64,000 nucleotides of DNA from Tagaea sp. GTDB lineage: Bacteria > Pseudomonadota > Alphaproteobacteria > CACIAM-22H2. The DNA is taken from positions 384,001-448,000 of the forward strand of contig CBDIIB010000004.1 of the NCBI GenBank assembly GCA_965279525.1, given 5' to 3'. The notes beneath the pieces are model-generated. The model did no database searches, was not told the origin of the DNA, and saw only the letters and a program-made list of their open reading frames with translations. The position numbers and the translations under genes were made by a program. Below, piece after piece: positions 22,375-31,696 of the stretch. How positions within the stretch are numbered: the stretch's first letter is position 1; every line of letters begins with the position of its first letter.

Positions 22375-23166
22375 ATGTTCGGCAAGCCGATCGACCTTTC
22401 GAAATCGCGCATCCTCGTCGCCAACGACGACGGCATCGCGTCGCCCGGTATCGCACTGCTCGAACGCATCGCGCGGACTCTGAGCCGCGACGTCTGGGTC
22501 GTCGCGCCGGAGAGCGAGCAGAGTGCTGTCAGCCACTCCCTGACAATCCGCCGTCCGCTGCGCGTGCACCGGCTCAAGGGCAACCGCTTTGCCGTCGACG
22601 GCACGCCGACCGACTGCGTGATGCTCGCCATCCAGGAGATCATGCGCGACAAGCCGCCCACGCTATGCCTCTCGGGCATCAACCGGGGCGGCAACCTCGC
22701 CGACGACGTGACCTATTCCGGCACCATCGCCGCCGCGATGGAGGCGACGATCCTCGGCGTGCCCGCGATCGCGCTCTCGCAGGTCGTCACGCATCCGCAT
22801 CCGGCGAAGTGGTCGACCGCGGAGCATCATGCGGCGAGCGTCATACGCAAGCTTGCCCGAATCGGCTGGCGGCGCGAGGTGTTGATGAACGTCAATTTCC
22901 CCGATGTCCCGCACGGACAGGTCCGCGGGATCGTGCGTACCTTCCAGGGGCGCTACAAGTCGGGTGACGACATCGTGAAGAACACCGATCCGCGCGGTCA
23001 GACGTATTACTGGATAGGTTCCGCCACACGCGGCCACGACGATCGCAGGGGAACCGACATCTGGGCGACCGATCGCGGCCATATCTCGGTGACGCCGCTG
23101 CATCTCGACCTCACGCATCGCGCGACGCTGAAGTCGCTCGCCAAGCACTTGCCGGAAGTCGCATGA
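22375..23166 (+). CDS. surE: 5'/3'-nucleotidase SurE
   Basis: NDDGI, VVAP, DGTPTDCV, SGINRGGN, YSGT, ISVTPL. Confidence 0.95.
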   Translation: MFGKPIDLSKSRILVANDDGIASPGIALLERIARTLSRDVWVVAPESEQSAVSHSLTIRRPLRVHRLKGNRFAVDGTPTDCVMLAIQEIMRDKPPTLCLSGINRGGNLADDVTYSGTIAAAMEATILGVPAIALSQVVTHPHPAKWSTAEHHAASVIRKLARIGWRREVLMNVNFPDVPHGQVRGIVRTFQGRYKSGDDIVKNTDPRGQTYYWIGSATRGHDDRRGTDIWATDRGHISVTPLHLDLTHRATLKSLAKHLPEVA

Positions 23167-23798
23167 GCACGCCCAACCACCGCATCCGCCTCGTCATGGA
23201 CCTGCGCGCCGCCGGCATCGCCGACACGGCGGTCTTGTCTGCGATCGAACGGGTGCCGCGCGAGGCGTTCGTGCCGCCGACGTTCCGCGATCGTGCCTAC
23301 GAGGATGCGGCCTTGCCGATCGGGCACGCGCAGACCCTGTCGCGCCCGTCGGTCGTCGGGCTGATGACGCAGGCTCTGGAAGCTGGGCCGCGAAGCAAGG
23401 TTCTCGAAATCGGGACGGGCTCGGGCTACCAGACGAGCGTGCTCGCGCGCATGGTCCGCCGCGTCTACACGATCGAGCGCCATCGCGAGCTGTTGCTGGA
23501 AGCCGAAGCGCGCTTCAAGGCGCTGCGCGTGCACAATGTCGTGACGAAGTTCGGCGACGGATGGCAGGGCTGGCCCGAGCAGGCGCCGTTCGAGCGCATC
23601 ATCGTGACGGCGGCCCCCGTCGACATTCCCGGCGCACTCGTCGACCAGCTCGCCGACGACGGCGTGATGGTGCTGCCCGTCGGACTCGAGAAGCGCGCCC
23701 AGGTCCTGATCCGCGTGCGCAAGACGGGCGGGCGTGCCAAAATCGAGGAACTCGACGCCGTGCGATTCGTGCCGATGGTGGCCGGTCTGCCGGTGTGA
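23163..23798 (+). CDS. pcm: Protein-L-isoaspartate O-methyltransferase
   Basis: VLEIGTGSGYQ, GDGWQGWP..APF, IIVTAA, VRFVPM. Confidence 0.95.
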   Translation: MSTPNHRIRLVMDLRAAGIADTAVLSAIERVPREAFVPPTFRDRAYEDAALPIGHAQTLSRPSVVGLMTQALEAGPRSKVLEIGTGSGYQTSVLARMVRRVYTIERHRELLLEAEARFKALRVHNVVTKFGDGWQGWPEQAPFERIIVTAAPVDIPGALVDQLADDGVMVLPVGLEKRAQVLIRVRKTGGRAKIEELDAVRFVPMVAGLPV

Positions 23799-23809
23799 GG
23801 GCAGGGGCC

Positions 23810-24905
23810 ATGCGCAGGTCGGTTAAGTTCGCGCTTGTCGGAATTCTTGCGGCAGGTCTCGGCGCGTGCGCGCGCAGCGGGCCGCCTGCGCCTGTCGTGC
23901 TCGGTACCGGTGCGCCGGCAGCCGCTGCCTCGCGGACGACGTCGAGCGAAACGATCGCGACCGGTGCGGCTTATGTCGTCCGTCCGGGCGATACGATCTT
24001 CACGATCTCGCGCCGGTCCGGTGTCCCGACGCGCGCCCTTATCGATGCGAACCGGCTTGCCCCGCCATATGCGCTGGAGGCGGGGACCCGCCTGTCGATC
24101 CCGGCGGTCCGGACCCACGAGGTCCGCGCCGGCGACACGGCATCGCAGATCGCCCAACGCTACGGCGTGCCGCTGCGCGAACTCGTCCGCGTCAACGCGA
24201 TCGAGCCGCCTTTCGTCATTCGCGTCGGCCAACGCCTTGCCATCCCGGACGCGGACAATCGCGTCGGCGACGACACCGTCATCGATCCCGACCGTCATGG
24301 TCCCCACCGACCCGCCGACGCGCGGGACAAGTGTGCCGCGCGGCACGGTCGAGGCAGCACCGTTGCCGCCGCCACAAACGGCTTCCTCCGCCGCGCCGCA
24401 GGTCACATCGCCGCCGTCCGGACCGGCACCACCGCAGACCGCCGCTCTCCCGCCGCCTGCCAATCCGCCGACCTCGGCACCGGATGGAGATGCCGGCGTA
24501 CGCGCCATTGCCGGGCGCATGCTCTGGCCGGTGCGCGGTGTCGTCGTTTCGGATTATGGGCCGAAGCCGGGCGGATTGCAGAACGACGGCATCAACATCG
24601 CCGCACCCCGCGGCACGGCGTTCCGCGCGGCCGAGAGCGGTGTGGTGATCTATGCCGGAAACGAGCTGCGCGGCTTCGGCAACTTGCTGCTGCTGCGCCA
24701 CGAGGGCGGTTACGTCACGGCCTATGCCCATGCCGACGAGCTTGCCGTCCGGCGTGGCGACCAGGTCCGCAAGGGGCAGACCATCGGGCGCGTCGGCTCA
24801 AGCGGAAACGTGACCGGTCCGCAGCTTCATTTCGAGGTGCGGCGCGGAACGCAGGCGGTCAACCCGATCGACTATCTGGGCTCGCAGTCCAGCGCTTCGA
24901 ACTAG
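23810..24905 (+). pseudogene. nlpD: LysM + M23 peptidase lipoprotein (NlpD/DipM-like), split by a frameshift near 24250 (pseudogene or sequencing error)
   Basis: Lipobox LGAC and two LysM repeats in the frame starting at 23810; M23 domain (WPVRG, NDGINI, YAHA, PQLHFEVR, VNP) in the +1 frame ending at 24905. Confidence 0.8.
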
Positions 24906-25081
24906 CGCCGGCAAATGGATCAGGCTGCGAGCTGACGGGGATCCGAGGTTTCCTCATTGGCGCGCTCCTCGTCGAGGATGCGGACAACTTCGGTCAATAC
25001 GAAGTCGAGCGTCAGGGGAACGGTGCCTGTCCGACGACGGTCGTTGGCGCGTTCGGTCTGCTTCTTGTCCATGGGAATTTC

Positions 25082-25507
25082 TCAGGCCGCTTGCGGGGTT
25101 GAACTGCGGGTGGCTTCGATCATCGTTCCGGAGACGGCTTGGTAGGCGGACGTCCATGCTGTCCGCATCTCGCCGTCGAAAGCCGCCCCGAAGCACTCGT
25201 GCAGGGTTTCCAGAAGGGCCTGGCCGACGGACGCATAATGCCGTTCCTCGACGCCATACTTGACGTGGCGCCGGCCGAGTTCGCGCACCGTCTCGAGAAC
25301 CGGACCCAGATTGTCGAGCGCGCGCACGACGGTCGCCAGTGCCACGATCAGTTTGATGCCCTGTGTGCGCATGTCGCCATTGAACAGCTTGCGCGTCGAC
25401 GGGTCGATCTCGAACAGCTTCTCGTAGAAGCGGGTGGCGACGGCCTCGTGGCTGGGTGTCAGCTTGGCGAAACTGTCGCGGACGAGGATGATCTGGCTTG
25501 GAGTCAT
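25082..25507 (-). CDS. Single-domain globin (flavohemoglobin N-terminal-like, no reductase domain)
   Basis: FYEKLFEIDP, LF, QGIKL, LGRRHVKYGV..RHY..VGQALL, AW..AY. Confidence 0.9.
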   Translation of the reverse strand: MTPSQIILVRDSFAKLTPSHEAVATRFYEKLFEIDPSTRKLFNGDMRTQGIKLIVALATVVRALDNLGPVLETVRELGRRHVKYGVEERHYASVGQALLETLHECFGAAFDGEMRTAWTSAYQAVSGTMIEATRSSTPQAA

Positions 25508-25610
25508 CTTGGACCTTCGCGCTTGGAGGACGCGAGAACCGTATGCTCCGAGCGTATCGGGAAGATTTCTGTATTCCGGATTTATTGTTTCAATTGTTTC
25601 AGTGCCGACC

Positions 25611-26336
25611 TCAATCCTTGCCGGGAACGAACATGTAGCCGGCGCCGCGGACCGTCCGGAGGATCTCGGGTTTCGACGGGTCCTGCTCGATCTTGCGGCG
25701 CAGGCGGGCGATGCGGATATCGATGCTTCGGTCGAAGGGTTCCCACCGCTTGTGGTGGGCCAATTCGAGCAGCCGGTCCCGATCCATCGGACGATTCGGG
25801 TTCGCCGCGAACGCAGCGAGCAGGTCGAACTCCATGCTCGTCAGCGCCACTTCCGCGCCGTCGGCGTCGACCAGGCGACGTCTTGCGAGTTCAAGCGTGC
25901 AGCGCCCCATCCGGATGCCGTCGGTCGCTGCCGCGCCGGCCGGCAAAGGTGCGGCAGCCACCCTGCGGCGCAGCACGCTTCGCGCACGCGCAAGTAGTTC
26001 CCGCAAATCGCACGGCTTGGCAACGTAGTCGTCCGCCCCCATTTCCAGCCCGACAACGCGGTCGACGGTACCGTGAGCTGCGGTCAGCATGATGATGCCG
26101 GCCGAAGACGTCTCGCGCAGCCAGCGCGCGAGACTGAGGCCGTTCTCGCCGGGCATGTTGAGATCGAGGAGAACCAGATCGGGGCCGAACGCCGGAACCT
26201 TGGCACGCGCGGCAGCACCGTCGGCGGCATCCGCCGTCTCGAATCCCTGCATCCCGAAATACTCGACGAGCATCTCGCGGATGCCGGGCTCGTCGTCGAC
26301 CACCAGGACGCGCGGCTTCTCGGACAAAGGGGACAA
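25611..26336 (-). CDS. OmpR-family response regulator
   Basis: LVVDDE, LLDLNMP, GADDYVAKP, RSIDIRIARLRRKIE, TVRGAGY. Confidence 0.93.
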   Translation of the reverse strand: MSPLSEKPRVLVVDDEPGIREMLVEYFGMQGFETADAADGAAARAKVPAFGPDLVLLDLNMPGENGLSLARWLRETSSAGIIMLTAAHGTVDRVVGLEMGADDYVAKPCDLRELLARARSVLRRRVAAAPLPAGAAATDGIRMGRCTLELARRRLVDADGAEVALTSMEFDLLAAFAANPNRPMDRDRLLELAHHKRWEPFDRSIDIRIARLRRKIEQDPSKPEILRTVRGAGYMFVPGKD

Positions 26337-26403
26337 CCTCGGATAAATTCCGGATCCGATTTAAGCACGACCCGGGTGGGTGCGCGCAATCCCATGCGGA
26401 ACG

Positions 26404-27261
26404 TCAGTCCAGACGCTTGCCCAGGCGGCCGGCGAGATCCTGCACGAACTGCCAGGCCACGCGACCCGAGCGCGCGCCGCGCGTGACCGACCACTCGTTC
26501 GCCTGCGCGCGCAATTCCTCGACGGGCAGGTCAAGTCCGTAGCGCCGGGCATAGCCTTCGATCATCGCGAAATAGGTGTCCTGGTCGGCATTGTGGAATC
26601 CGAGCCACAGGCCGAAGCGGTCGGACAGCGACACTTTTTCCTCGACCGCCTCGCCGGGATTGATCGCGGTCGAACGCTCGTTCTCGATCATGTCGCGGGC
26701 CATCAGGTGGCGCCGGTTCGACGTCGCGTAGAAAACGACGTTGTCGGGCCGACCCTCGATGCCGCCGTCGAGCACGGCCTTCAGCGACTTGTACGCAGCG
26801 TCCTGCCCGTCGAACGAAAGATCGTCGCAGAACACGACGATGCGCCGCTTCTTGCCGCGCACTTGCGCGAGCAGGCGGGGCAGCGAGGGGATGTCTTCGC
26901 GATGGATCTCGACGAGGGCGAGGGCCCGCGGGCGCTTTTCGTTGATCGTCGCGTGCACCGCCTTGACGAGCGACGACTTGCCCGTCCCGCGCGCGCCCCA
27001 CAGCAGCACGTTGTTGGCCGGCAGCCCGTCGGCGAAGCGCAGCGTGTTGTCGAAGAGGATCTCGCGCTGGCGTTCGACGCCGCGCAGCAGGTCGAGATCC
27101 ACCCGGTTGACCTTCGCGACCGTCTCGAGCCGCTTGCCGTCCGCGTTCCAGACGAACGCGTCGCCCGCGTCCAGATCGGCCGAGATCGACGCCGGCGGGG
27201 CCATCCGGTCGAGCGCATCGGCGATACGGGTGAGGAGCGCTGTGATCTTGGCGTCGTCCAT
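26404..27261 (-). CDS. DUF815 family AAA+ ATP-binding protein
   Basis: WGARGTGKSS, FCDDLSF, YATSNRRHL, EEKVSLSDRFGL; usual position divergent from yajC. Confidence 0.9.
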   Translation of the reverse strand: MDDAKITALLTRIADALDRMAPPASISADLDAGDAFVWNADGKRLETVAKVNRVDLDLLRGVERQREILFDNTLRFADGLPANNVLLWGARGTGKSSLVKAVHATINEKRPRALALVEIHREDIPSLPRLLAQVRGKKRRIVVFCDDLSFDGQDAAYKSLKAVLDGGIEGRPDNVVFYATSNRRHLMARDMIENERSTAINPGEAVEEKVSLSDRFGLWLGFHNADQDTYFAMIEGYARRYGLDLPVEELRAQANEWSVTRGARSGRVAWQFVQDLAGRLGKRLD

Positions 27262-27429
27262 GATGGCGGAGTCCGGCGAGTGGCAAGGGCCGGAAAACTA
27301 GCCCCCGGGGGTGCAAGTGGTCAATCCGAAAGGAAGATTCCGGACATATGGAGCGTTGCAATTCGGGGCGGGGTGGCTATAGTCGCGCCCCGACCCACAC
27401 CCCCGATCAAGACGACGGAGCCCTGTTCG

Positions 27430-27981
27430 ATGTTCATTTCGCCCGCTTACGCCCAAGCCGCCGGGGGCGGTGCCGCCGACGTGCTGCCCCAGCTGATGCT
27501 GATGGCCGCCGTATTCGTCGTCTTCTACTTCCTGCTGATCCGTCCGCAGCAGAAGAAGGTCAAGGAACACAAGGCGATGATCGACGCGCTGAAGCGCGGC
27601 GACCGGGTCGTCACGACGGGCGGCCTGATCGGCACGATCCAGCGCATCGTCTCGGACCGCGAAGCGGTCCTCGAGATCGGCGACGGCGTGCGGGTGCGCA
27701 TCATGCGCGCCATGATCTCGGAAATCATGGCCAAGACCGAGCCGCTCGCGGCCGACGACAAGGCCGAAAAGTCCGAGAAGAAGGCGCCCGCCGGGCCGAC
27801 CTACTGGTCGATGCTGGGGCTGCCGGAAGGTGCCGGCCAGGCGGAAGTCGATGCTGCGATCGGCGCCAAGGGCGGCGATCCGGCACTTGCCGAGGCCGTC
27901 GACACGCTCAAGGACCCGATCCGGCGCAAGCTCTACGCGCGCCTGGGTCATGCCGAATACGTCGCCACGCTGAAGGACTGA
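27430..27981 (+). CDS. yajC: Preprotein translocase subunit YajC with a C-terminal J-domain-like extension
   Basis: FISPAYAQ, FYFLLIRPQQKK, LKRGDRVVTTGGLIG; about 60 extra C-terminal residues; directly upstream of secD. Confidence 0.92.
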   Translation: MFISPAYAQAAGGGAADVLPQLMLMAAVFVVFYFLLIRPQQKKVKEHKAMIDALKRGDRVVTTGGLIGTIQRIVSDREAVLEIGDGVRVRIMRAMISEIMAKTEPLAADDKAEKSEKKAPAGPTYWSMLGLPEGAGQAEVDAAIGAKGGDPALAEAVDTLKDPIRRKLYARLGHAEYVATLKD

Positions 27982-28017
27982 CGCGGGGGCCCCCGGGCCT
28001 CGCGCGCCGCGCACACG

Positions 28018-29610
28018 ATGCTGTTTTTCTCGCGCTGGAAGATCTGGAGCATCATCGCCGTCTGTCTGGCCGGCGTGCTGCTTTCCGTCCCGAACGTCGC
28101 TCCGCGGCCGGATTGGTGGCCCTATGCGATGAATCTCGGCCTCGACCTGCGCGGCGGATCGTACCTGCTGCTCGAGGTCGACATGCCGGCCGTCGTGCGC
28201 GAGCGCATCGCGACCATCCAGGACCAGGTCCGCACGCGCATGCGCGCGGCCAACATCCAGATCGTCGGCATCTCGGGGCGCGACAATTCGGTCGTGTTCC
28301 AGGTCCGCGATCCGGGGCAGGCGCCGGCAGCGGTCGCGAACCTGCGCGAGATCGTCACGATGGTGGGCGGCGGCGGGCTCGGCGCCGGTACGGCCGACCT
28401 CGACATCCAGGCGGCAACCGACGGGACGGTCACGATCACGCTGACCGAAGTGGCCCTGCGCGACAAGGCGACCCAGGCCGTCCTCCAGTCGATCGAGATC
28501 GTGCGCCGTCGCATCGACGAGACCGGCGTCAACGAACCCCAGATCGCCCGCCAGGGCGCCAACCGCATCCTCGTCCAGCTGCCGGGCGTCGACGATCCGG
28601 ACCGCATCAAGAAGCTGCTCGGCACGACCGCGCGCATGACCTTCCGCCTGCTCGATCCGAATGCCGACCCGACCTCGGGCCAGCGTCCGCCGCCGGGCGT
28701 GGAATTCCTGCGTGCCGAGAACGAGCGGCGCGCCGACGGCCAGCCGATGGTCTATGCCGTCCGCCAGCGCGTCGAAGTGGAGGGTGCGAATCTCACCAAG
28801 GCGTCGGCGGGCACCAACCCGCAGACCGGCGAGTGGATCGTCAATTTCGAGTTCGACTCCCTCGGCGCCCGGCGCTTCGCCGACGTGACGCGCCAGAATG
28901 TCGGTCGTCCATTCGCGATCGTGCTGGACGACAAGGTCATCAGTGCCCCCGTCATCCGCGAGCCGATCACCGGCGGACGCGGCCAGATTTCCGGCCGCTT
29001 CACCGCGCGCGACGCGCAGGATCTTTCGGTGCTGCTGCGCGCCGGCGCGCTGCCGGCCCCGCTGACGATCGTCGAAGAGCGCACGGTCGGTCCCGACCTC
29101 GGAGCGGACGCGATCCGGGCCGGCATCGCCTCGATCCTTGCCGGCATGGTCCTCGTGTTCGTCTTCATCGTGTGGAGCTACGGGCTGTTCGGCGTTTTCG
29201 CCTGCGTGGGCCTGATCGCCAACCTGTTCCTGACGGTCGCGTGCCTTTCGCTGCTCCAGGCGACGCTCACGCTGCCGGGCATGGCGGGCCTGCTGCTGAC
29301 GCTGGGCCTGTCGGTCGACGCCAACATCCTGATCAACGAGCGCATCCGCGAGGAAACCAAGTCCGGCAAGACGCCGTATGCGGCGATGGAAGCCGGTTTC
29401 GCGCGCGCCTTCTCGACGATCGTGGACTCGAACCTCACCACGCTGATCAAGATGATGCTGCTGTTCGCCTTCGGCTCGGGGCCCGTGCGCGGCTTCGCCG
29501 TGACGATCACGCTTGGCATCCTCACGTCGATGTTCACCGCGACGGTCTTGGTGCGCCTGATGATGGTCACGTGGCTGCGCGCGAAAAAGCGCGAAGCCCT
29601 CCCGGTCTGA
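28018..29610 (+). CDS. secD: Protein translocase subunit SecD
   Basis: LGLDLRGG, RRIDETGVNEP, RAGALPAPL, VGPDLG, VDANILINERIREE. Confidence 0.96.
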   Translation: MLFFSRWKIWSIIAVCLAGVLLSVPNVAPRPDWWPYAMNLGLDLRGGSYLLLEVDMPAVVRERIATIQDQVRTRMRAANIQIVGISGRDNSVVFQVRDPGQAPAAVANLREIVTMVGGGGLGAGTADLDIQAATDGTVTITLTEVALRDKATQAVLQSIEIVRRRIDETGVNEPQIARQGANRILVQLPGVDDPDRIKKLLGTTARMTFRLLDPNADPTSGQRPPPGVEFLRAENERRADGQPMVYAVRQRVEVEGANLTKASAGTNPQTGEWIVNFEFDSLGARRFADVTRQNVGRPFAIVLDDKVISAPVIREPITGGRGQISGRFTARDAQDLSVLLRAGALPAPLTIVEERTVGPDLGADAIRAGIASILAGMVLVFVFIVWSYGLFGVFACVGLIANLFLTVACLSLLQATLTLPGMAGLLLTLGLSVDANILINERIREETKSGKTPYAAMEAGFARAFSTIVDSNLTTLIKMMLLFAFGSGPVRGFAVTITLGILTSMFTATVLVRLMMVTWLRAKKREALPV

Positions 29611-29631
29611 CCCCGCGACGGAGACGGAAAA

Positions 29632-30603
29632 ATGCTGAGCATCTTCCCGCGTCTGCGGATCTTCCCGGACAAGACGGACATAAAGTTCATGAAAGGCCGC
29701 AATGTCGGCCTGGCGGTATCGGCGCTTCTTTCGCTGGTGTCGGTGATCCTGTTCTTCCAGCCCGGCATGAACTACGGCATCGATTTCAAGGGCGGCATCG
29801 TCATCGAGGCGCGCACGGCCGAGGCGGCCGACTTCCCGGCGCTGCGGGCCATTCTCGCCGCCCAGAATGTCGGGCCGGCCGGGCTCCAGCAGTTCGGCTC
29901 GCCTAACGACGTGCTTATCCGCCTCGAGCGCCAGCCGGGCGACGACGCGGCCCAGCAGCGCGCGGTCGAACGCGTGCGCGGCGCCCTCCAGCAGGGCGTG
30001 ACCGGCCTTCAGGTCCGCCGGGTCGAGGCCGTCGGCGCGTCGGTCTCTGCCGAGCTTTTCCAGGCCGGCATGATCGCGCTGGGGCTCAGCCTCTTCGCGA
30101 TGCTGCTCTACATCTGGTTCCGGTTCGAATGGCAGTTCGGCGTCGGCGCCGTGGTCACGCTCGTACTCGACATCACGAAGATGGTCGGCTTCTACGTCGT
30201 GACCGGGTTCCAGTTCAATCTCGTCGCCGTGGCCGCGATGCTCACGGTCATGGGCTATTCGGTCAACGACAAGGTCGTCGTCTACGACCGCGTGCGCGAG
30301 AACCTGCGCAAGTACAAGTCGATGTCGCTGCGCGACCTGATCGACCTTTCGATCAACGAGACGATGTCGCGCACGATCGGCACGTCGATCGCCACGTTCC
30401 TGGCGACCGTGCCGCTGGCACTCTACGGCGGCGAAGCGCTGGAAGAGTTCGCCTGGATGCTGCTCTTCGGCGTGATCCTCGCGACTTCTTCATCGATCTT
30501 CATCGCGGCACCGATCCTGCTGTTCCTCGGCGAGGACAAGCTGCGCCGCGGCCCGCCGCCCGGCAAGGAAGCGGCCGCCGACGGCGCGGTCGCGAAGCCC
30601 TAG
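29632..30603 (+). CDS. secF: Protein translocase subunit SecF
   Basis: GIDFKGG, YIWFRFEW, GYSVNDKVVVYDRVREN. Confidence 0.96.
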   Translation: MLSIFPRLRIFPDKTDIKFMKGRNVGLAVSALLSLVSVILFFQPGMNYGIDFKGGIVIEARTAEAADFPALRAILAAQNVGPAGLQQFGSPNDVLIRLERQPGDDAAQQRAVERVRGALQQGVTGLQVRRVEAVGASVSAELFQAGMIALGLSLFAMLLYIWFRFEWQFGVGAVVTLVLDITKMVGFYVVTGFQFNLVAVAAMLTVMGYSVNDKVVVYDRVRENLRKYKSMSLRDLIDLSINETMSRTIGTSIATFLATVPLALYGGEALEEFAWMLLFGVILATSSSIFIAAPILLFLGEDKLRRGPPPGKEAAADGAVAKP

Positions 30604-30613
30604 GTCGATCCCC

Positions 30614-30997
30614 GTGGCCGCCCCGCCGCCGGCCCCGCATCCCGACCGCAAGATCGTCGACGCCTACGGCAAAGGCGCCTTCACGATCCGCGGGCAGCGC
30701 CATGCCGGCCCGATCATCCTGCTTCCCGACGCGGTCCTGCCGTGGTCGTTCGGCGACATCGCAGCACTTACGGTCGGGGATTTCGCGGCGCTCGTGTCGC
30801 TCGAACCTTCGCGCCGGCCCAACATCCTGCTGATCGGCATGGGCACGCGCACGCAGTTCGTGACGCCGGCCGTGCGTTCCGCCCTGCGCGAGGCGGGCAT
30901 GATCGCCGACCTGATGGACACCGGTGCCGCGTGCCGGACCTACAACGTCCTGCTGGCCGAAGAGCGGCGCGTGGCCGCCTGCCTGGTTCCGGTCTGA
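30614..30997 (+). CDS. Mth938-like domain protein (NDUFAF3 homologue)
   Basis: LLIGMG, MDTGAACRTYNVLLAEERRVAA. Confidence 0.9.
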   Translation: MAAPPPAPHPDRKIVDAYGKGAFTIRGQRHAGPIILLPDAVLPWSFGDIAALTVGDFAALVSLEPSRRPNILLIGMGTRTQFVTPAVRSALREAGMIADLMDTGAACRTYNVLLAEERRVAACLVPV

Positions 30998-31012
30998 GCC
31001 TCGATCCGATCT

Positions 31013-31043
31013 GAAAACGAAAACGGGGCCCCGAAGGGCCCCG
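31013..31043 (-). terminator. Rho-independent terminator between convergent genes
   Basis: Perfect hairpin CGGGGCCC-CGAA-GGGCCCCG (31024-31043) with A-tracts on its left, i.e. U-tract on the minus strand. Confidence 0.8.
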
Positions 31044-31069
31044 CGATCGTCGTTCGCCTGTGTTGGAAA

Positions 31070-31669
31070 TCAGGCGGCGATGTTCTGGGCGCCCACCATG
31101 AAATAGAGCATGGGGATCGAGAACATCGTGTTGAAGCGGCTGGTGATCATCGCCGTGCGCGCCGCCTTCTTCTTGGCGTCCGCGTCGGCTTCGACCATGC
31201 CGAGCGCGATTTTCTGGTTCGGCCAGATGATCATCCACACGTTATAGGCCATGATGATGCCCAGCCACATGCCGATGCCGATGAGCTTGGAAGCGCCGGT
31301 GCCGGTCAGCGTGAGTGCGGCGACGAGGTAGCCGTTCATCATGGCGAGCAGCAGGCCCGTGATGAGGGTCGCGAGTGCGGCCCAGCGGAACCAGAACAGC
31401 GCCGTGGGGGCGATGACCTTGCCGATGGCCGGCTTCTGTTCGTCCGGGATCTTCGGCATCGACGGGATCTGGACGAAGTTGAAGTACCAGAGCAGGCCGA
31501 TCCACATCACACCGGACAGAACGTGCAGCCAGCGCACGAAGAACGTGGCCCACGCATAGTCGGGCTGGAACGAGTTGGTCAGCAGGGCGAGGGCAAGGGC
31601 GAGGGCGACGCCGTAGGCGAGCGCCCTGTCGAGCTTGTCGAGGCCGATCTTGGCGAGAAGGTCGATCAT
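31070..31669 (-). CDS. Urate hydroxylase PuuD-type membrane protein (membrane domain only)
   Basis: RWLHVLSGVMWIGLLWYFNFVQ, FRWAALAT, MAYNVWMIIWPNQK, SRFNT..SIPM; no CxxCH. Confidence 0.75.
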   Translation of the reverse strand: MIDLLAKIGLDKLDRALAYGVALALALALLTNSFQPDYAWATFFVRWLHVLSGVMWIGLLWYFNFVQIPSMPKIPDEQKPAIGKVIAPTALFWFRWAALATLITGLLLAMMNGYLVAALTLTGTGASKLIGIGMWLGIIMAYNVWMIIWPNQKIALGMVEADADAKKKAARTAMITSRFNTMFSIPMLYFMVGAQNIAA

Positions 31670-31696
31670 TGTTCTTTTTCTCCGTATGGGCGGCTG

